Made by a program: the position numbers and the translations under genes. A stretch of DNA of 63,969 nt, filler included, from Octopus bimaculoides (lineage: Eukaryota), in assembly GCF_001194135.2 (NCBI RefSeq). It is 4 parts of 4 records of this genome, joined end to end, with 100 filler letters (N's around TTAATTAATTAA, not from the genome) between each part and the next. Parts side by side here need not be neighbours in the genome. Positions count along the whole stretch, not along the records: positions 1 to 25,720 come from NC_068983.1; 3 more parts are not named here. The stretch is one strand, 5' to 3'. Positions 11,931 through 25,030 of the stretch are shown here, piece by piece (the stretch's first letter is position 1; each line of letters starts with the position of its first letter). The notes beneath the pieces are model-generated. The model ran no database searches, had not been told where the DNA came from, and was given only the letters and a program-made list of their open reading frames with translations.

Positions 11931-14089
11931 CACCATGTTACTATGTCACAACACAAAATATTTCTAATGACTGTGTCAAGGATATATTATATTTTGGTGA
12001 AATAAAGAGAAATGAGTGCAGCAAATTAACAGAGACTAGATAAGAAGAAGATTGTTTCAGTCAAACAGCCCCCACCTCCATCCCCCCTGCCACCAATCAG
12101 CTTTACTTGTAGAGGCCCATAACAAGGAAGTACTAATCAAACATAGCAAGCCATCCACAACCTTAAATACAACCAAATCCTGTTTGTTTTTTGTTTTTTT
12201 TTTGTAGCAAAGGGATTGTTGTTCTGAGATGTAGAACTTTAACAGATGTTGTTCGACATTTGTTGAAGAAGACAGAGTTGTTATATTGGACATGGTTGAG
12301 TTATATAAGTTACCACACTGATACATGAATGGAAGTGGTTTTTCTTAACAGGACCATTACAACCAATGCCTTGTGGTGATGCAGTTAGTGCATAATGTCG
12401 CAGGAGTTTTTCAGATATTTCTAACATAACAATTTTAGAAAGTAATCTCTGCTGCTATAAATATTAGTATTAACATTTATGATAATAATATTAACATTTA
12501 TGATGATATTAATATTAATATTTGTGATGATAATATTAATATATATGATGATAATGATGATATTAGGAATATATAATATGATGAATTAAAAAGATATTGC
12601 CAAAATAAGTTAACCAGGATGCAAAATTGAAATAGAAATCATATTCTTGAAAATCACAATGAAATGATAGAGTTTGAGAAAACTAAAAAGGTAACAAGAA
12701 CCTAATAAATCTATAATTCTGTTTGTTCATTCGTTCATATGTTACACTTTGGTTTGTTAGAGAGAGGTGGAGTGAGAGTGACGGAGAAGAGGAGAGAGAG
12801 AGTGACAGAGAAGGAAAGGGGAGAGAGAGAGAGTGACAGAGAAGGAAAGGGGGGAAAGAGAGAGTGACGGAGAAGAAAAGGGGAGAGAGAGTGACAGAGA
12901 AGAGGAGAGCGAGAGAGGGGGGTAAGTAAATGAGAGAACAGATAGCCACTTCCATTAATCATGTGAAAAGGCAACCTCACTAGTGCTGGTGTCATGAGGA
13001 AAGTACCAAGTACATTCTGTAATATGGTTGGCATAAGGAAGGGCATACAGCTATAGAAACTATGCCAAAGCAGAAAATGGAGCAAACTGTAATCCTGCAA
13101 CTTGGAGGCTGTTCAACTGTTCAACCAATACCAACATGGAAGACATCAAATGATGATGGTGTTATGTTATGGGCAGAAGGTGAAGATTAGCAATAGAAAT
13201 CTTGTAACATGTTGTGAAGTAAGAGTTGATGGTAAACAGTGTTGGCCACAAAAAGACTTTGATATAAGGAAGTTAAGACTAGGATAAAACATGCTATCAT
13301 CAGAAGTTGAACAACTGATAATAATAATAATAATAATGGCATTGGTGGTAGTACATGGGATGGTGGTGAAAATGATAATAATGATGATGATGGTGTCGAC
13401 TATGAAAAAGGAGAAATTTTCAGCTGATTCTGAATTATGGCCTGGAAGAAACTTTTGAAAGTTTATAAAGCTCACACTGAGAGCATTATCTCTAAATGAA
13501 GCATCACTGAAGTGTCTCAGACACACAGGGTACCAGTGTCAGATGTGTGACAAATAAATTGTTGACACAATGGTTATTAGTACCAGATGTGTGCTTAGCA
13601 TGCAGTGACTACTAAAAACAAAATGAACTAATTTATTAAGGGGTAATTCATTTTTTTGTAAGGGAAGGCCACATTTGCTTCAACAGAAACTGGATAAGAC
13701 CTCATACTGATTATTTGATATCTAAAACAGAATGCTTTTTTTATTTACACATGTATGATAATTTTAAAAATAATGTTTGGTTATATAGCCTTTGCATGCT
13801 ATATTCATTTGTAAGTCTTCAACAATTTTCCTTCACCAGTCATCATCATTTTTCATCATCTACTTTTTCACATTTACATGGCGTACATAGAATTCATTAA
13901 GGCAAATCTTTTACGGCCAGATGCACTTCTTGTTGTTGACTCTCACCTGTTAAGGTGATATTTTCCCATGGCCAGATATGTTTTCTACAGAAGACTGGAA
14001 ATGAACAACACCACTTGTATGATGGTACACTCACTTACAACCATCACCTGATGCCAAGAGAAGGGTATACACACATAAATACATGTATG

Positions 14090-14243
14090 TACAGCAGGCT
14101 TCTTTTAGTTTCTATCAACTAAATCCATTCACAATGCTTTGGTTGCCTCAGGGCAATAATAGAAAACACTTATACAAGGAGCTGCACAGTAAGACTGAAC
14201 CTGAGACCACCTGGTTAGGAAGCAAGCTTCTCAACCACACAGT
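14090..14243 (-). mobile_element. 5' half of SINE family B, CpG-decayed (another at about 15600-15735)
   Basis: gcttcttttagtttctatcaactaaatccattcacaatgctttgg...gcaagcttctcaaccacacag. Confidence 0.7.
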
Positions 14244-16073
14244 ATTGTTGAATAATGTTTGAGGTCTGGTTCAGCCAGGCTTCAGAGGAGACGGGAACTA
14301 GAACAAGGTCACAAGTAGGGTGGCCAATCTCTCAAAGTAAGTGATTCAGAGAAAGTTATCCTTGAAATGCTGGGCAGAGGTGATGAATGTATAAACCATT
14401 TCGATAATGTATTAAGTACCTCATCAGTGTACTTTGCTCCGATTTTTATCTGATCAGATTAAGACACCTGCTCTGTCATTTTTTGTGAAAAGAGTGTGAT
14501 GCATTGATGCAGAAGGTGCATCTGTTGCCAATGCCATCTGCACAGGGAACTTAGTGTGTTAGGGTTGATGATGCGAAGCCATATGTTGTGATTGATGAAT
14601 GTGTAGAAAATCTTGGGCAGTGAGTTGGGTTTATTGTATGCTGTTGCATTTGTCAGAAATGTCTTCTTACAGCTTCTTTCTTGAATGGAGCTGTATTCCC
14701 AGGTCAAACAAAGACCCAAAACAGACTTGTCTCTTTGCTTGCATCTGGAATGTTGTTAGGTTAGATAATGCAGCATGTGGAACTTTCCTCCTTGAATCCA
14801 ACAAGGGATCAATGGTGGCTAAGAGCAACGGCATTCTTGAGGAGATTCTAGGCATTAACAAAAATCAACTGAACAGTTTTCTGTGAAGGACTTTCAACAT
14901 TGAAGCCGTAGATAACTTCTAGAAATCGCTGGCATGCCAACACCACCAAAGGGAATTGCCAGTTCAGGATAAAATTGCTCATTTGTGTAAGTAATGTTGG
15001 ACAGCAATAGTTGTATGTAGGAGTGATCCAACAATTAGCTGAGTCCATCACAGCTCCTTACTTTGACTAGAAAAGTAGGTAATTCTATTCTCTCTGGTAG
15101 CTGTGGTGTAGAAGATTATATAGCAGGCAAGATTGAAAGGACAATGGATGAGAGTGGTGAGAATGGTCTGTGTATATAGGTTTATTTTTAGCAGGTGCCA
15201 GTAGTCTGGAGAAAACAGCTGAGAGAAGGTAACTTTACTGACAGCCGTGTGGAACCTGGTTTGTATAGGCTTGGGAACAAGGGGTGCAGCAGTTGCAAGT
15301 GCACCCCCTAAACTTTTTTAGAAGCAACGAAAACACTTTGAACATCCTGGTTTGGACCTGGGTTTGCAGCCCTAAGCAAAATTTGTTGCTGCACTTATGT
15401 CTGTTTGAATTGAAGTGACCAAAGAGAGCCAAATTTAATATCAAGCTGTTTAGAGAGCTCTCTTCCAGCTGGGGACAATAAGAATAAATGAAAAAATACA
15501 CTAAAATGATTGGTTTCTTATTCCTTACTAAATATGAGAAGTTGAACTGAAGGGGCAACAATGAGATAAGAAGAGTCTATGAAAGAACACGGTATCCTCT
15601 ACTAAATTCATTGACAAAGCATTAGTTAACCTAGGCCTATAGCAAATGACACCTGCCCAAGATGCCACACAATGGAATTGAACCTGAAAAGAGTTCATAT
15701 GGTTGTAAAGTGAACTCTTTAACTGCACAACCATGTATATGTATTCAGAGAATGTGATGTGTTTAATATAGGACAATAGTGTGCTTGGTGCCATACTGTA
15801 GAAATAATACTTGATATAATATTAGTACGACAAAGTTTGCAGTATGTTTTAACTTTAATCTCTTCATAATCTACAAGATTTTAGGAAACCAGTGGCTAAA
15901 GATGGTTTCTGTAGCGTTAAAAGATTGAGAGATTCATCTACTTCAGAGAGGACTTTAGTCTGCAGCGGATAACTTTTCCAACAAGGCCTAGTTGAAATCC
16001 ATTTGAGGCCTAGAAAACTGTCTTGTTCTGAGACACATAAATTCCTGCAGTGGAATAGGCACTCATGACATAC

Positions 16074-16129
16074 CAAAGTGCTACAACATTTATACTGTAA
16101 GCAGTATGGGTTAATATTCCACAAACGAG
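16074..16129 (-). CDS. candidate 56-nt exon
   Basis: Long T tract ...cttttacaaag|CTCG...ACTTTG|gtatgt; frames RLWNINPYCLQYKCCSTL or LVCGILTHTAYSINVVAL. Confidence 0.3.
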
Positions 16130-16140
16130 CTTTGTAAAAG

Positions 16141-16174
<34 letters not shown>

Positions 16175-16387
16175 AAGGAACAATTTCTTTTTGCTATTTT
16201 TATTAATACTGTTTTACTTTATTTTAAATTGTTTGTCTTTGTTTACAGAAATACTTCTGACAACACAATGGAATTGTAATGCATCTCTAGCAAAAAGAGA
16301 ATCACATACACACTCACAGACACACACACATGTAGGCCTGGTTATTTGGTTAAAAAGTTCACTTCTCTATCACGTTGAATAACGCAC

Positions 16388-16451
16388 ATAAAACAGAAAT
16401 GCATTGACCCAGAATATATTGGGTCAAAAGTCCACTACTGAAGATGTTTCC
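16388..16451 (-). CDS. candidate 64-nt exon
   Basis: ttctctcttgaattctgtag|GGAAAC...TTTTAT|gtgcgt; frame GNIFSSGLLTQYILGQCISVL, phase-compatible with 16074-16129. Confidence 0.25.
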
Positions 16452-16677
16452 CTACAGAATTCAAGAGAGAATACATTAGAATGGTTTATCCTTGTCATTT
16501 GTATAATTGCTGTTCAGAGCAATTATACAGTGCCATCACTGCTGTGGCAGCCTCCACTGCACCTCTTCATGGTAATATATTACATTTAGATTAGGCAATA
16601 AAGAGTCAAGTATTTTTTACAAGGGAAACCACCCAGTCCTGTAAAAGGGTACACATTGCCAACCGTTAGTCAGTCAC

Positions 16678-16708
16678 GGGTTAGGGTTAGGGTTAGGGTT
16701 AGGGTTAG
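16678..16708 (+). repeat. interstitial telomeric repeat GGG(TTAGGG)4TTAG
   Basis: Direct reading. Confidence 0.95.
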
Positions 16709-16835
16709 TCCAACAGCATCATATCAGCTAGTAGCAACACAAGTTTTAAATTTATTTTGCTACATAAATGCAAATTATATGTGCATTCTAGCATCAGAAC
16801 TTAAACAAATAAAGAATTTGTAGTTCTATGACATA

Positions 16836-17045
16836 CCATCATCATGTAACGTGCGCCCTTCCATGCTGGCATGGGTTCATCATCATCATCATCATCATCG
16901 TTTAACGTGCGCCCTTCCATGCTGGCATGGGTTGGACTGTTTAAAAGGTGCTGGTTAGGCAGGAGCCTGCGCTAGATGTCTGTGTCTGTTTTGGCAGAGT
17001 TTTTACGGCTGGATGCCCTTCTTAACAGTAACCACCCAGCAAAGT
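16836..17045 (-). mobile_element. family A RTE/SINE tail with duplicated 3' end
   Basis: taacgtgcgcccttccatgctggcatgggtt occurs twice, each preceded by (CAT)n. Confidence 0.8.
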
Positions 17046-18984
17046 GGATTATGTTACAAACTGATGATGGCACAACATGAACATTATTATTATTATTAAT
17101 GAGATCACAGAGGGTGGTCAATAGAAAGAGCAGAACAACAGATTAAAAACCTTCTAGCACTTAGTTATGTCACTCTGTTTTGTGTTCAAAATCTTGTTAA
17201 GATCAATATTGTCTTTCATCTCTCAAAATTCTTAAGATCGTTTCAATTGACTGCACCCTCAACACCCCCCCCCCCCTCAAACATATGTGGCTTTCAGCCA
17301 ATGTGATGCAAGTTAGTTCATTGTTATTCTAAAGATGGATGAAAACTGTAATCAAAGCAGAGTTGTCAGGTGATCGATATGTTCTTGTAAGAGATTTAAC
17401 ATGCTGCGTATATGAATACAATGATTCATATACATGCGTGGAACATGTATACTAGCAACTAAATAGATGTAAGTTCAATTCTTAATAGAGCTATATTGTG
17501 TTATATCCCATAAAAGGCACTTAACTGTGGTTGTTTCAATCTGCATGACAAACAAGAACAAGTTTGAGTGGTTAGGAGTCGGAAGAGCATCCAACTGTAA
17601 AAATATTGTATCCAATCAAAACCTTCCATCCATGTAAGCACAGAGACAAATGGGCATGACCAAATATATATGTGGTCTTGGTTTCACTCTAGCTGCACAG
17701 CACCTTGAGCAAGCATCTTCTACAATGGCCCTGGGCCGACCAATGTCTTGTGAATGAAATTGGTAGACAAAAACTGAAAGAAGCTAATTGTATATGTATA
17801 CCATTATCATCATCAACATCACCATTTAACATCTGTCTTATATGCTGGCTAGGGTTGGCTGGTTTGATAGCCAAAGGACTACATTAAGCTTTACTGTCTG
17901 TTTTGGCATGGTTTTTACAGCTGGATGCCCTTCCTAATTCCAATCACTTTACAGAGTGAACTATGTATTGTATGTCTGTATGTGTTTGCATCTCTGTGAT
18001 GTTATGAGCTAAGATGGCAGGTGAGGTGACGAGGTGTGTGTAGGGGGGGGGGGTCTTCCCTTTTCTAGCCTATAAGGAGGTGATATCAGTGTGTTGGTAA
18101 AGTGAGGGACAAGTGAAGCAGAAATCATGGGCTTCACAGGGTGAAGACTTTTCCTTTTGTATTATTTTTGTGATGTAACCTGCTGCTTCTTTCTCCAGAG
18201 GGAAACGGAAGCATGAGTTGTTTTCTTCTGCTTGCTTAAGCCCCGTCCCATTAGTCTCCGAGTGCCACTGTCATACAAGCAGTGTTACTCATTCCCAATA
18301 TTCTGTGAAAGTCATATCTGGCCATAGGGAAACATTAACCTTGCTTAGAAACATGTGAAAAACTAGTGACAGGAGAGGAGCCTCTGACCATAGAAAATAT
18401 GTCCCAATAAAGTGAATTCCATCTATGCAAGAATGGAAAAACGAGGGTTAAAGTGGTGATGATGAAAGGAGCATCTGAATAAGATTGGATAATAAATTAA
18501 GGAATAGTGAAAAATAATTACAGAGGCCAGATTCCTTTCTGTTACAAATCTTAACAGTTTCAGAGGGATGAAGCATGAAATGCATTTGTTGTCATAAATA
18601 TCCAGCACTGAATTAATGATGTTTAGGGAGGGATAATGATTATCTGACTAATTTTAAGATCCAAAATGCTTGAGCTGGAATTACAAGCAAAATGAGTAAT
18701 ATTAGTGAATTATTGAAAATTATTTAACAGTCTGACTACATGTAATGTGAGAAGAACATTGGAAATGCTAGAGAACTAGAATATGCTCCTCATAGGATTT
18801 TACTATCTCTAATCCATATTCCTCTGAGATTAACTCCTTTGACTTTGTCGATTTTTTTAGCCACAATTCAAAAGATAAGTGACAGCTATGCAATCACTTA
18901 ACTAGACTGCCTCCCCTTGAAATGTATGGTCTTCTACTTACATAATAAATCAATATGATAATATAATTCAATAAATAACATTAA

Positions 18985-19400
18985 CCCTTTTGATAGCAAC
19001 ATCTCTGAGAACACCCTGGTTTTATGGATACAAACTTCTTGTTTTAAAGTATTCTAGATTAAAACTTTCCCCTCAAAATTTCAATTTGATTTATATTGCA
19101 AACACCAGTTTATTAATGATGAAGTTCTTTTACCAAATTCTTCATTATTTTCAAAATTGATTAAAATAAAAGCAGGATTTCACCAGAAGTATACTGACAA
19201 AAGGGTTTAATAACGACAAAGATATTTTATAGAATTCTTCATTATTTCCACAATTAATTGAAATAAAAGCAGCGTATTTCAACAAAAATATGGCATCAAA
19301 AGGAGTAAATAATGAAGCTTACAAAATAATTTGTTATTTTCAAAATTGATTAAAACAAAAGCAATGTATTTCAGAAGAAATCTCGTATCAAATGGGTTAA
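18985..19400. mobile_element. piggyBac-like (TTAA) MITE with extra tandem copies of one end
   Basis: TTAA|CCCTTT at 18981-18990 and AAAGGG|TTTAA at about 19200-19210; the roughly 90-bp right end recurs twice more, up to GGG|TTAA at 19394-19400. Confidence 0.55.
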
Positions 19401-20809
19401 AGTACTCAGATTGCTTTAATGTCATGCAAACTAAAAGACATATTTGATTACTACTGGCACTGGAAATGACCCAAATTCTAAACTGAGCTAAAACCATGTT
19501 GTTAGGCAGATAAGGTACAGTCTGCAGGTCTTGGGTTCAAGCTGTGTTGCTGCCACATTAGCTGACTTAATTTACCTTACTTCAAACATAGATATTAATC
19601 TCACTTTTAATAAAGTGGTTGGTGTGAGGAAGAGGAAGCCAAACTTAAAACATATGACTTTAATCATACCCCTCCATAAAACAGAAAAACCAAGATGAAG
19701 CTGTTCTTTAAACTGCATGTCAAAAACCAGTCTTTTATACTATCAAAATGAGATGAGGATAAGGGAATGAGAAGTGCTTTTCAGTTCCACTGACACAGAA
19801 ATCAAATTTTCAGCATGGATTACATACGACACTAAATTCTTGATTTCTGTTAAAAACCAGATAAAAATAAATTTTCACTCTGCTTTTTATTTGACATTCC
19901 TTTTTGTCAGATTAAATTTTTTTACAGCTATCATCTCTATGCAATAATAAAAACAAATATGTCACAAAATATGATAAAATAAAAGAAATTTTAATATTTT
20001 GCTCCCACAAATAAATACAAAGTTTACCATTTCTTAAATTCATTCTTTTTGGTTGATTTATACATGCAAGTTATTAGAAAATTCCTCCTCCTCCTTCTCA
20101 TTATATAAATGTAATGTCCATCTTCCATACTGGCAAAAGATGGATGGTTTGACAAAATCCTACAAGCTGCAGGACTGCATCAAGTTCCAATGTTTGTTTT
20201 GTTGTGGTTTCTACAGCTGAATACCATTCCTACTGCCAACCACTTTACAGGGTGGGCCTTGATACTGGCATCAGCAAGGACAGCAAATAACTTGCAAGAC
20301 AAAGAAAGAGAAGAGCCCTGCTCCTGAACTAAGTGGGGCTGTAGTAGAAGGGGGAGGTGGCTTTATGCTACATGTCAAAAGGGCCAGAGCATGAAAGAGG
20401 GACTGGCACAGGTGTCTTGCAATAAAAGAAATACATGTCTAATTATCACATTATGTATATAGGAGCGGGTGAAAGTAGCTTTCAAAAAAACAAAAAAAAA
20501 AACAAAAAGATGATGGTGACAAGGTGTCAAAGGATACTCTCAAGGTTACAAGAAGATGAGTATATAAGAAAATACAAAGTGAGGATGGAGTGATGCGGGT
20601 GGATAAGTGCCTGAAAATGTGAGAGGAGAATGGCAGGTGGTTACAGATAGTAAAAGTTAATGATGTACAAGGAGAGGTGTGTGTGTGTGTGTGTGTGTGT
20701 ACCTCTGCTTCCTCATATGCATAGACACACTCAAACACACACACAAACTCATACATATACAACAGTACAAGCATGCACACACAAAAACACATGAATATGC
20801 AGAATTCAT

Positions 20810-21170
20810 ACATAGTGGAGATGCAATGGCCCAGTGGTTAGGGCAGTGGACTCGTGGTCATAGGCTCATGGTTTTGATTCCCAGACTGAGCATTGAGTGT
20901 TTATTGAGCAAAAACACCTAAAGCTCCACAAGACTCCAGCAGGGGCTGGTAGCGAACCCTGCTGTACTCTTTCACTCTTTCTTCCTGTTTCTGTTGTATC
21001 TGTATTTCAAAGGGTCCAGCCTTGTCACACTGAATCTCTCCAAGAACTATGTTACGGGTACACGTGTCTGTGGAGTGCTCAGCCATCTGCATGTTAATTT
21101 CATGAACAGGTTGTTCCGTTGATCGGATCAACTGGAACCCTTGTTGTCGTAACTGACGGAGTGCAGTAAT
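20810..21170 (+). mobile_element. tRNA-headed SINE (family D); related minus copy about 49440-49620
   Basis: A-box-like TGGCCCAGTGG and degenerate B-box GGTTTTGATTCC; body tcaaagggtccagccttgtcacac shared with 49560-49590. Confidence 0.7.
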
Positions 21171-21728
21171 ACATACATACACAAGCACGCATACACACTG
21201 ACATGCAACGAGTCTCAAACAGACAAATGCGGCCTCTAAAATCTATCGACAGTCACTGAAAAGGTTATAAGCAGCAAGGAAAGAGCTTTGGCAAACAAAA
21301 ACCGAAACAAATTAGTTTGTAGGATATTTAACAGATTGATTAATAATAAAGAAAATGAGTAGAATTGAACCAGTGTGTGTTAATTATATTGGCATAATGA
21401 CTCTCCCTAGACACAACAAAATTTGTTTCAACATACAAATTCAAATAAAGAATCTTGCAAACCAGACACAAAAATGAAGTATACATACAAAGATATATAT
21501 ATATATATTCTGCAGATATTTTTCCAGAGTTTCATTGCATGTAGAAAACTTGCCAAACTGTTAAAAGAGAGAGTATCATGTGCCCTGTCTATAAAGGAAG
21601 AAGCAGAGCAGATGCTGAAAATTACAGACCACTCTCTCTGACTTCACATGTCAGCACAGTCAGAAGGAGACTGATCCCACAAACACACAACATGGTTTCC
21701 CCAAGAAAGGAGCTACCTTACACAGCTA

Positions 21729-22705
21729 TTCGGTTGTTCAGAAAATAATGGCCGATTTTAAAAATAAGCCTTTATTCTTGAAACACTGAACTTATACAAG
21801 GGTTCAATTATTCTAAATACCATCCCTGAACAGCTAGGCATGGTAATTTATGCCTCTTCAATAAAAATCCAAAAGTTTTGATGCCAAGAAATCCTTGAAT
21901 TCAGTGTCCAGATGCTTGAAAAAGTGGTTGTCAGTGGGTGAAAGAGCAACAGAACATGGAAACTGTGGTGAAGTCTTGTCACCCAAGTCTGAGCTTCTGC
22001 AGTGTCATCCTGGAAATATGCAGCTGCACATTATCATGGAGCAGAACTGGACCATTTGCTCAAGTGAACATGTAGTTCTTCTAGTTGCTTGCAGTAAACT
22101 TCTGATGTAATAATTTGGTTAAGTTCCAGAAAACCTATATTGTTTTCAAACACTGATTATCAAAGGTAGATGGATGTCCTCTACTTTCTTGATCTTCAAG
22201 GCTCTCATCCTCATTATAGAATCTCTCAAACCACCGTTTTACTAGCATTATGTCCAAGTTTGAATTTATTCAAAAATAACAAACACATTTTATCATTTTT
22301 CATGTTTGAAATTAAGGATTTCTACACTTCAAAAGAAATCAATAAAAATTTACTAAAGAGTACATATCAATTATTCTTTACTACTTTAGGCACACGGCCC
22401 AAAATTTTTGGGGAGAGGGGCCAGTCAATTACATCAACCCCAGTATGCAACTGGTACTTAATTTATTGACTCCAAAAGATATGAAATGCAAAGTCAACCT
22501 TGGTGGAATTTGAACTCAGAATGTAAAGACAGATGAAATATCACTCAGCATTTTGCCCGGTGTGCTAACGTTTCTGCCAGCTCACTGCCTTGGACATATC
22601 AATTAAGCGTGAAATATTTCATCTAAAACACTACAAAATTAACAAATTAAATTGAGTTTGAAAAATGTTTTCGAAAAATTGAACAGTATTTTCCAAACAA
22701 CCTAA
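21729..22705 (-). mobile_element. internally deleted mariner (DD34D-type) transposon
   Basis: TA|ttcggttgttcagaaaataatggccgatttt ... aaaattgaacagtattttccaaacaacctaa|TA; minus fragments WFERFYNEDESLEDQESRGHPS and LLHDN. Confidence 0.8.
22381..22592 (-). mobile_element. SINE family C inside the mariner
   Basis: ctggtacttaatttattgac...aaagtcaaccttggtggaatttgaactcagaatgtaaag...ttctgccagctcactgcc. Confidence 0.85.
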
Positions 22706-23814
22706 TATTACAAAATTATAACTGGGTACTGAAACAGCAGTTGAACCACTCAAAAGTGGATGTGATATATCTCGACTTTGCCATGCTTTTACGAAGCTAA
22801 TCCTGTGTTGATAACTACATGATCTTGGTACCACTGGTAAACTGGGAGAGTGGCTGCATGACTTTTTAAAAGACAGAAGTCAGATATTTGCAGCCAATGG
22901 TGCTCTCTCACAGGGGAGACATCAATTCACAGTAGAATTCCTCAGGGAACTGTATTGGGACCACTACTATTTGTAGTGGCTCACTCAGACATGCCCTCAG
23001 TTGTACAGTCAGCCACTCTCACCAGCTACGTTGATGATACAAAGACATCTGAGGTAGTCAAGGACTTTGATGACAGTAAAACTGCAAAACAACCTGCATA
23101 CAATATACAAATGGGCTGATGAAAATAATATGTAATTCAATGCCAATAAGTTTCAAGAGATTACAGTTGGAATGGATAGGAGCAGGGGGATACCTGCTAA
23201 GGACACCTTGCTACTCCTATGGAGGACTTTAGTCCTCAGTCATCTGGATTACGGCTCCCAACTGTGGTCACCACAGAGCATCAAAGTGGTGGTGTAACTT
23301 GAGGCAATCCAGCACCACTACACAAAGAAGATTTAGTTGGTGAAAGAGATGAGCTACTGGGAGAAGCTACAAGAACTGAAGCTCTATTCCATGGAGAGAA
23401 GGTGAGAAAGACATGCAGTAATATACATATGGAAGATGCTGGAAGGTCTAACTCTGGAATCAAAAGCTATACCAACCACTGAACTGGATGGCACCATCTT
23501 CTTCATCTCAGATAAGGAGCCAGTATTGCAACAGCTTGGGTTTCAGGGGACCACAACTGTTTAACATCCTACCAAGGAACCAAAGAAATCTACAAGATGT
23601 AGATGTGGAACTATTCTAAATACACTTGGACAAATTTCTGTCTGAAATCCCAGATGAACCTACATTGTGGCAGGAGGCACTAAGAAGAGCAGCTTTGTCC
23701 AATTCGACTCTTCATCAAAAACAGTATAGAAGGGAGACCCCAAAACACTGAAAGGTGGTGCTCCAGCTTGGCCCCAGCCTCTGGCAAAAACTAGTAACAA
23801 TAAAAGAATATATA

Positions 23815-24262
23815 TCATCATCATCATTTAGCATCTGCTTTCCATGCTGGCATGGGTTAGATGGTTTGACTGAAACTAGTAAGCTGGAGAGCTGCACCAG
23901 GTTCCCATCTGGTTTGGCAGGGTTTCTACGGCTGGATGTTCTTCTTAACACCAACTACTCCAAGAGTGTAATGAGTGCTCTTTATGTGCCACCAGCATCA
24001 GCCACAACTGTGATTTCACTTGGCTTGATGGGTCTTCTGCTCAAGCACAGCATATTGCGAAAGGTCTGCCACTTGTCATCACCTCCGAGAGGCCCAGTGT
24101 TCAAGAATCATGCTTCACCATCTGATCCCATGTCTTCCACAGGTTCCCTCCACAATTAAAGATCAGTATTTCTTTACACAGCTGTCCTCATCCATACACA
24201 TTGCATGGCTATACTAGCACAGTCATCTCTCTTGCACACCACATCTGATGCCTGATGCCCAA
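23815..24262 (-). mobile_element. RTE LINE 3' region with family A tail
   Basis: (TCA)n tail and ggatg..cttc segment, followed by ORF2 C-terminal remnant homologous to 1990-2500. Confidence 0.75.
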
Positions 24263-24592
24263 CTTGCCATCTTTGAACCATTTAAACCACAGCTGACAGG
24301 AATGAGCTTTCACTGCATCCGGACACACTTCAGAAATGCTTTTCATTTCCTCTGTAGTGATACTTATCTTTTGAAACTCATACACCAAGCAGTGGTGAAT
24401 ATGTGGCTTCATAAAGTTCTTATCCTCCATGGGGTTAATCACTGAAATAACTATGAATGACACACTGCTGAATAAAAGAGATGAAATACTGTTTCTAGAC
24501 AGTTCCTGTCTATTCGATCTTGGCTCTGACATGATTGGTCGATTTATATTTCATAGTGGTGAAAAAACGCAATTACTTTCCAAACACCCTAA
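24262..24592 (-). mobile_element. mariner 5' end fragment (TIR plus transposase N-terminus)
   Basis: TIR aaaaacgcaattactttccaaacaccctaa|TA at about 24563-24594; MKPHIHHCLVYEFQK...CQLWFKWFKDG. Confidence 0.75.
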
Positions 24593-24637
24593 TACGTATA
24601 TATATTATGTGTGTGTGTATGTATGTATATATATATG

Positions 24638-24680
<43 letters not shown>

Positions 24681-25030
24681 NNNNNNNNNNNNNNNNNNNN
24701 NNNNNNNNNNNNNNNNNNNNNNNNNNNNNNNNNNNNNNNNNNNNNNNNNNNNNNNNNNNNNNNNNNNNNNNNNNNNNNNNNNNNNNNNNNNNNNNNNNNN
24801 NNNNNNNNNNNNNNNNNNNNNNNNNNNNNNNNNNNNNNNNNNNNNNNNNNNNNNNNNNNNNNNNNNNNNNNNNNNNNNNNNNNNNNNNNNNNNNNNNNNN
24901 NNNNNNNNNNNNNNNNNNNNNNNNNNNNNNNNNNNNNNNNNNNNNNNNNNNNNNNNNNNNNNNNNNNNNNNNNNNNNNNNNNNNNNNNNNNNNNNNNNNN
25001 NNNNNNNNNNNNNNNNNNNNNNNNNNNNNN

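Larger units (their letters stand above)
21560..23810 (+). mobile_element. CR1-type LINE ORF2 remnant, split by a mariner insertion
   Basis: ENYRPLSLTSH, QHGF, LTQL | L..YNWVLKQ, VDVIYLDFA, IPQGTVLGPLLF, SYVDDTK, LSHLDYGSQLWSP, SYWEKLQELKLYSMERR. Confidence 0.85.

Noticed and set aside
15280-15309. GC hairpin aggggtgca...tgcaccccct
   Set aside because: Resembles a subterminal motif of small DNA-transposon relics; no TIR or TSD could be defined.
16074-16129. WD40 assignment from RLWNI...KCCSTL
   Set aside because: Neighbouring candidates do not continue a WD40 pattern; too short to name a gene.
19670-19824. Further minus-strand exon candidates (19670-19739, about 19806-19824; also 33004-33082)
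   Set aside because: Splice sites are reasonable, but several frames are open and the joins are arbitrary; indistinguishable from chance without RNA data.
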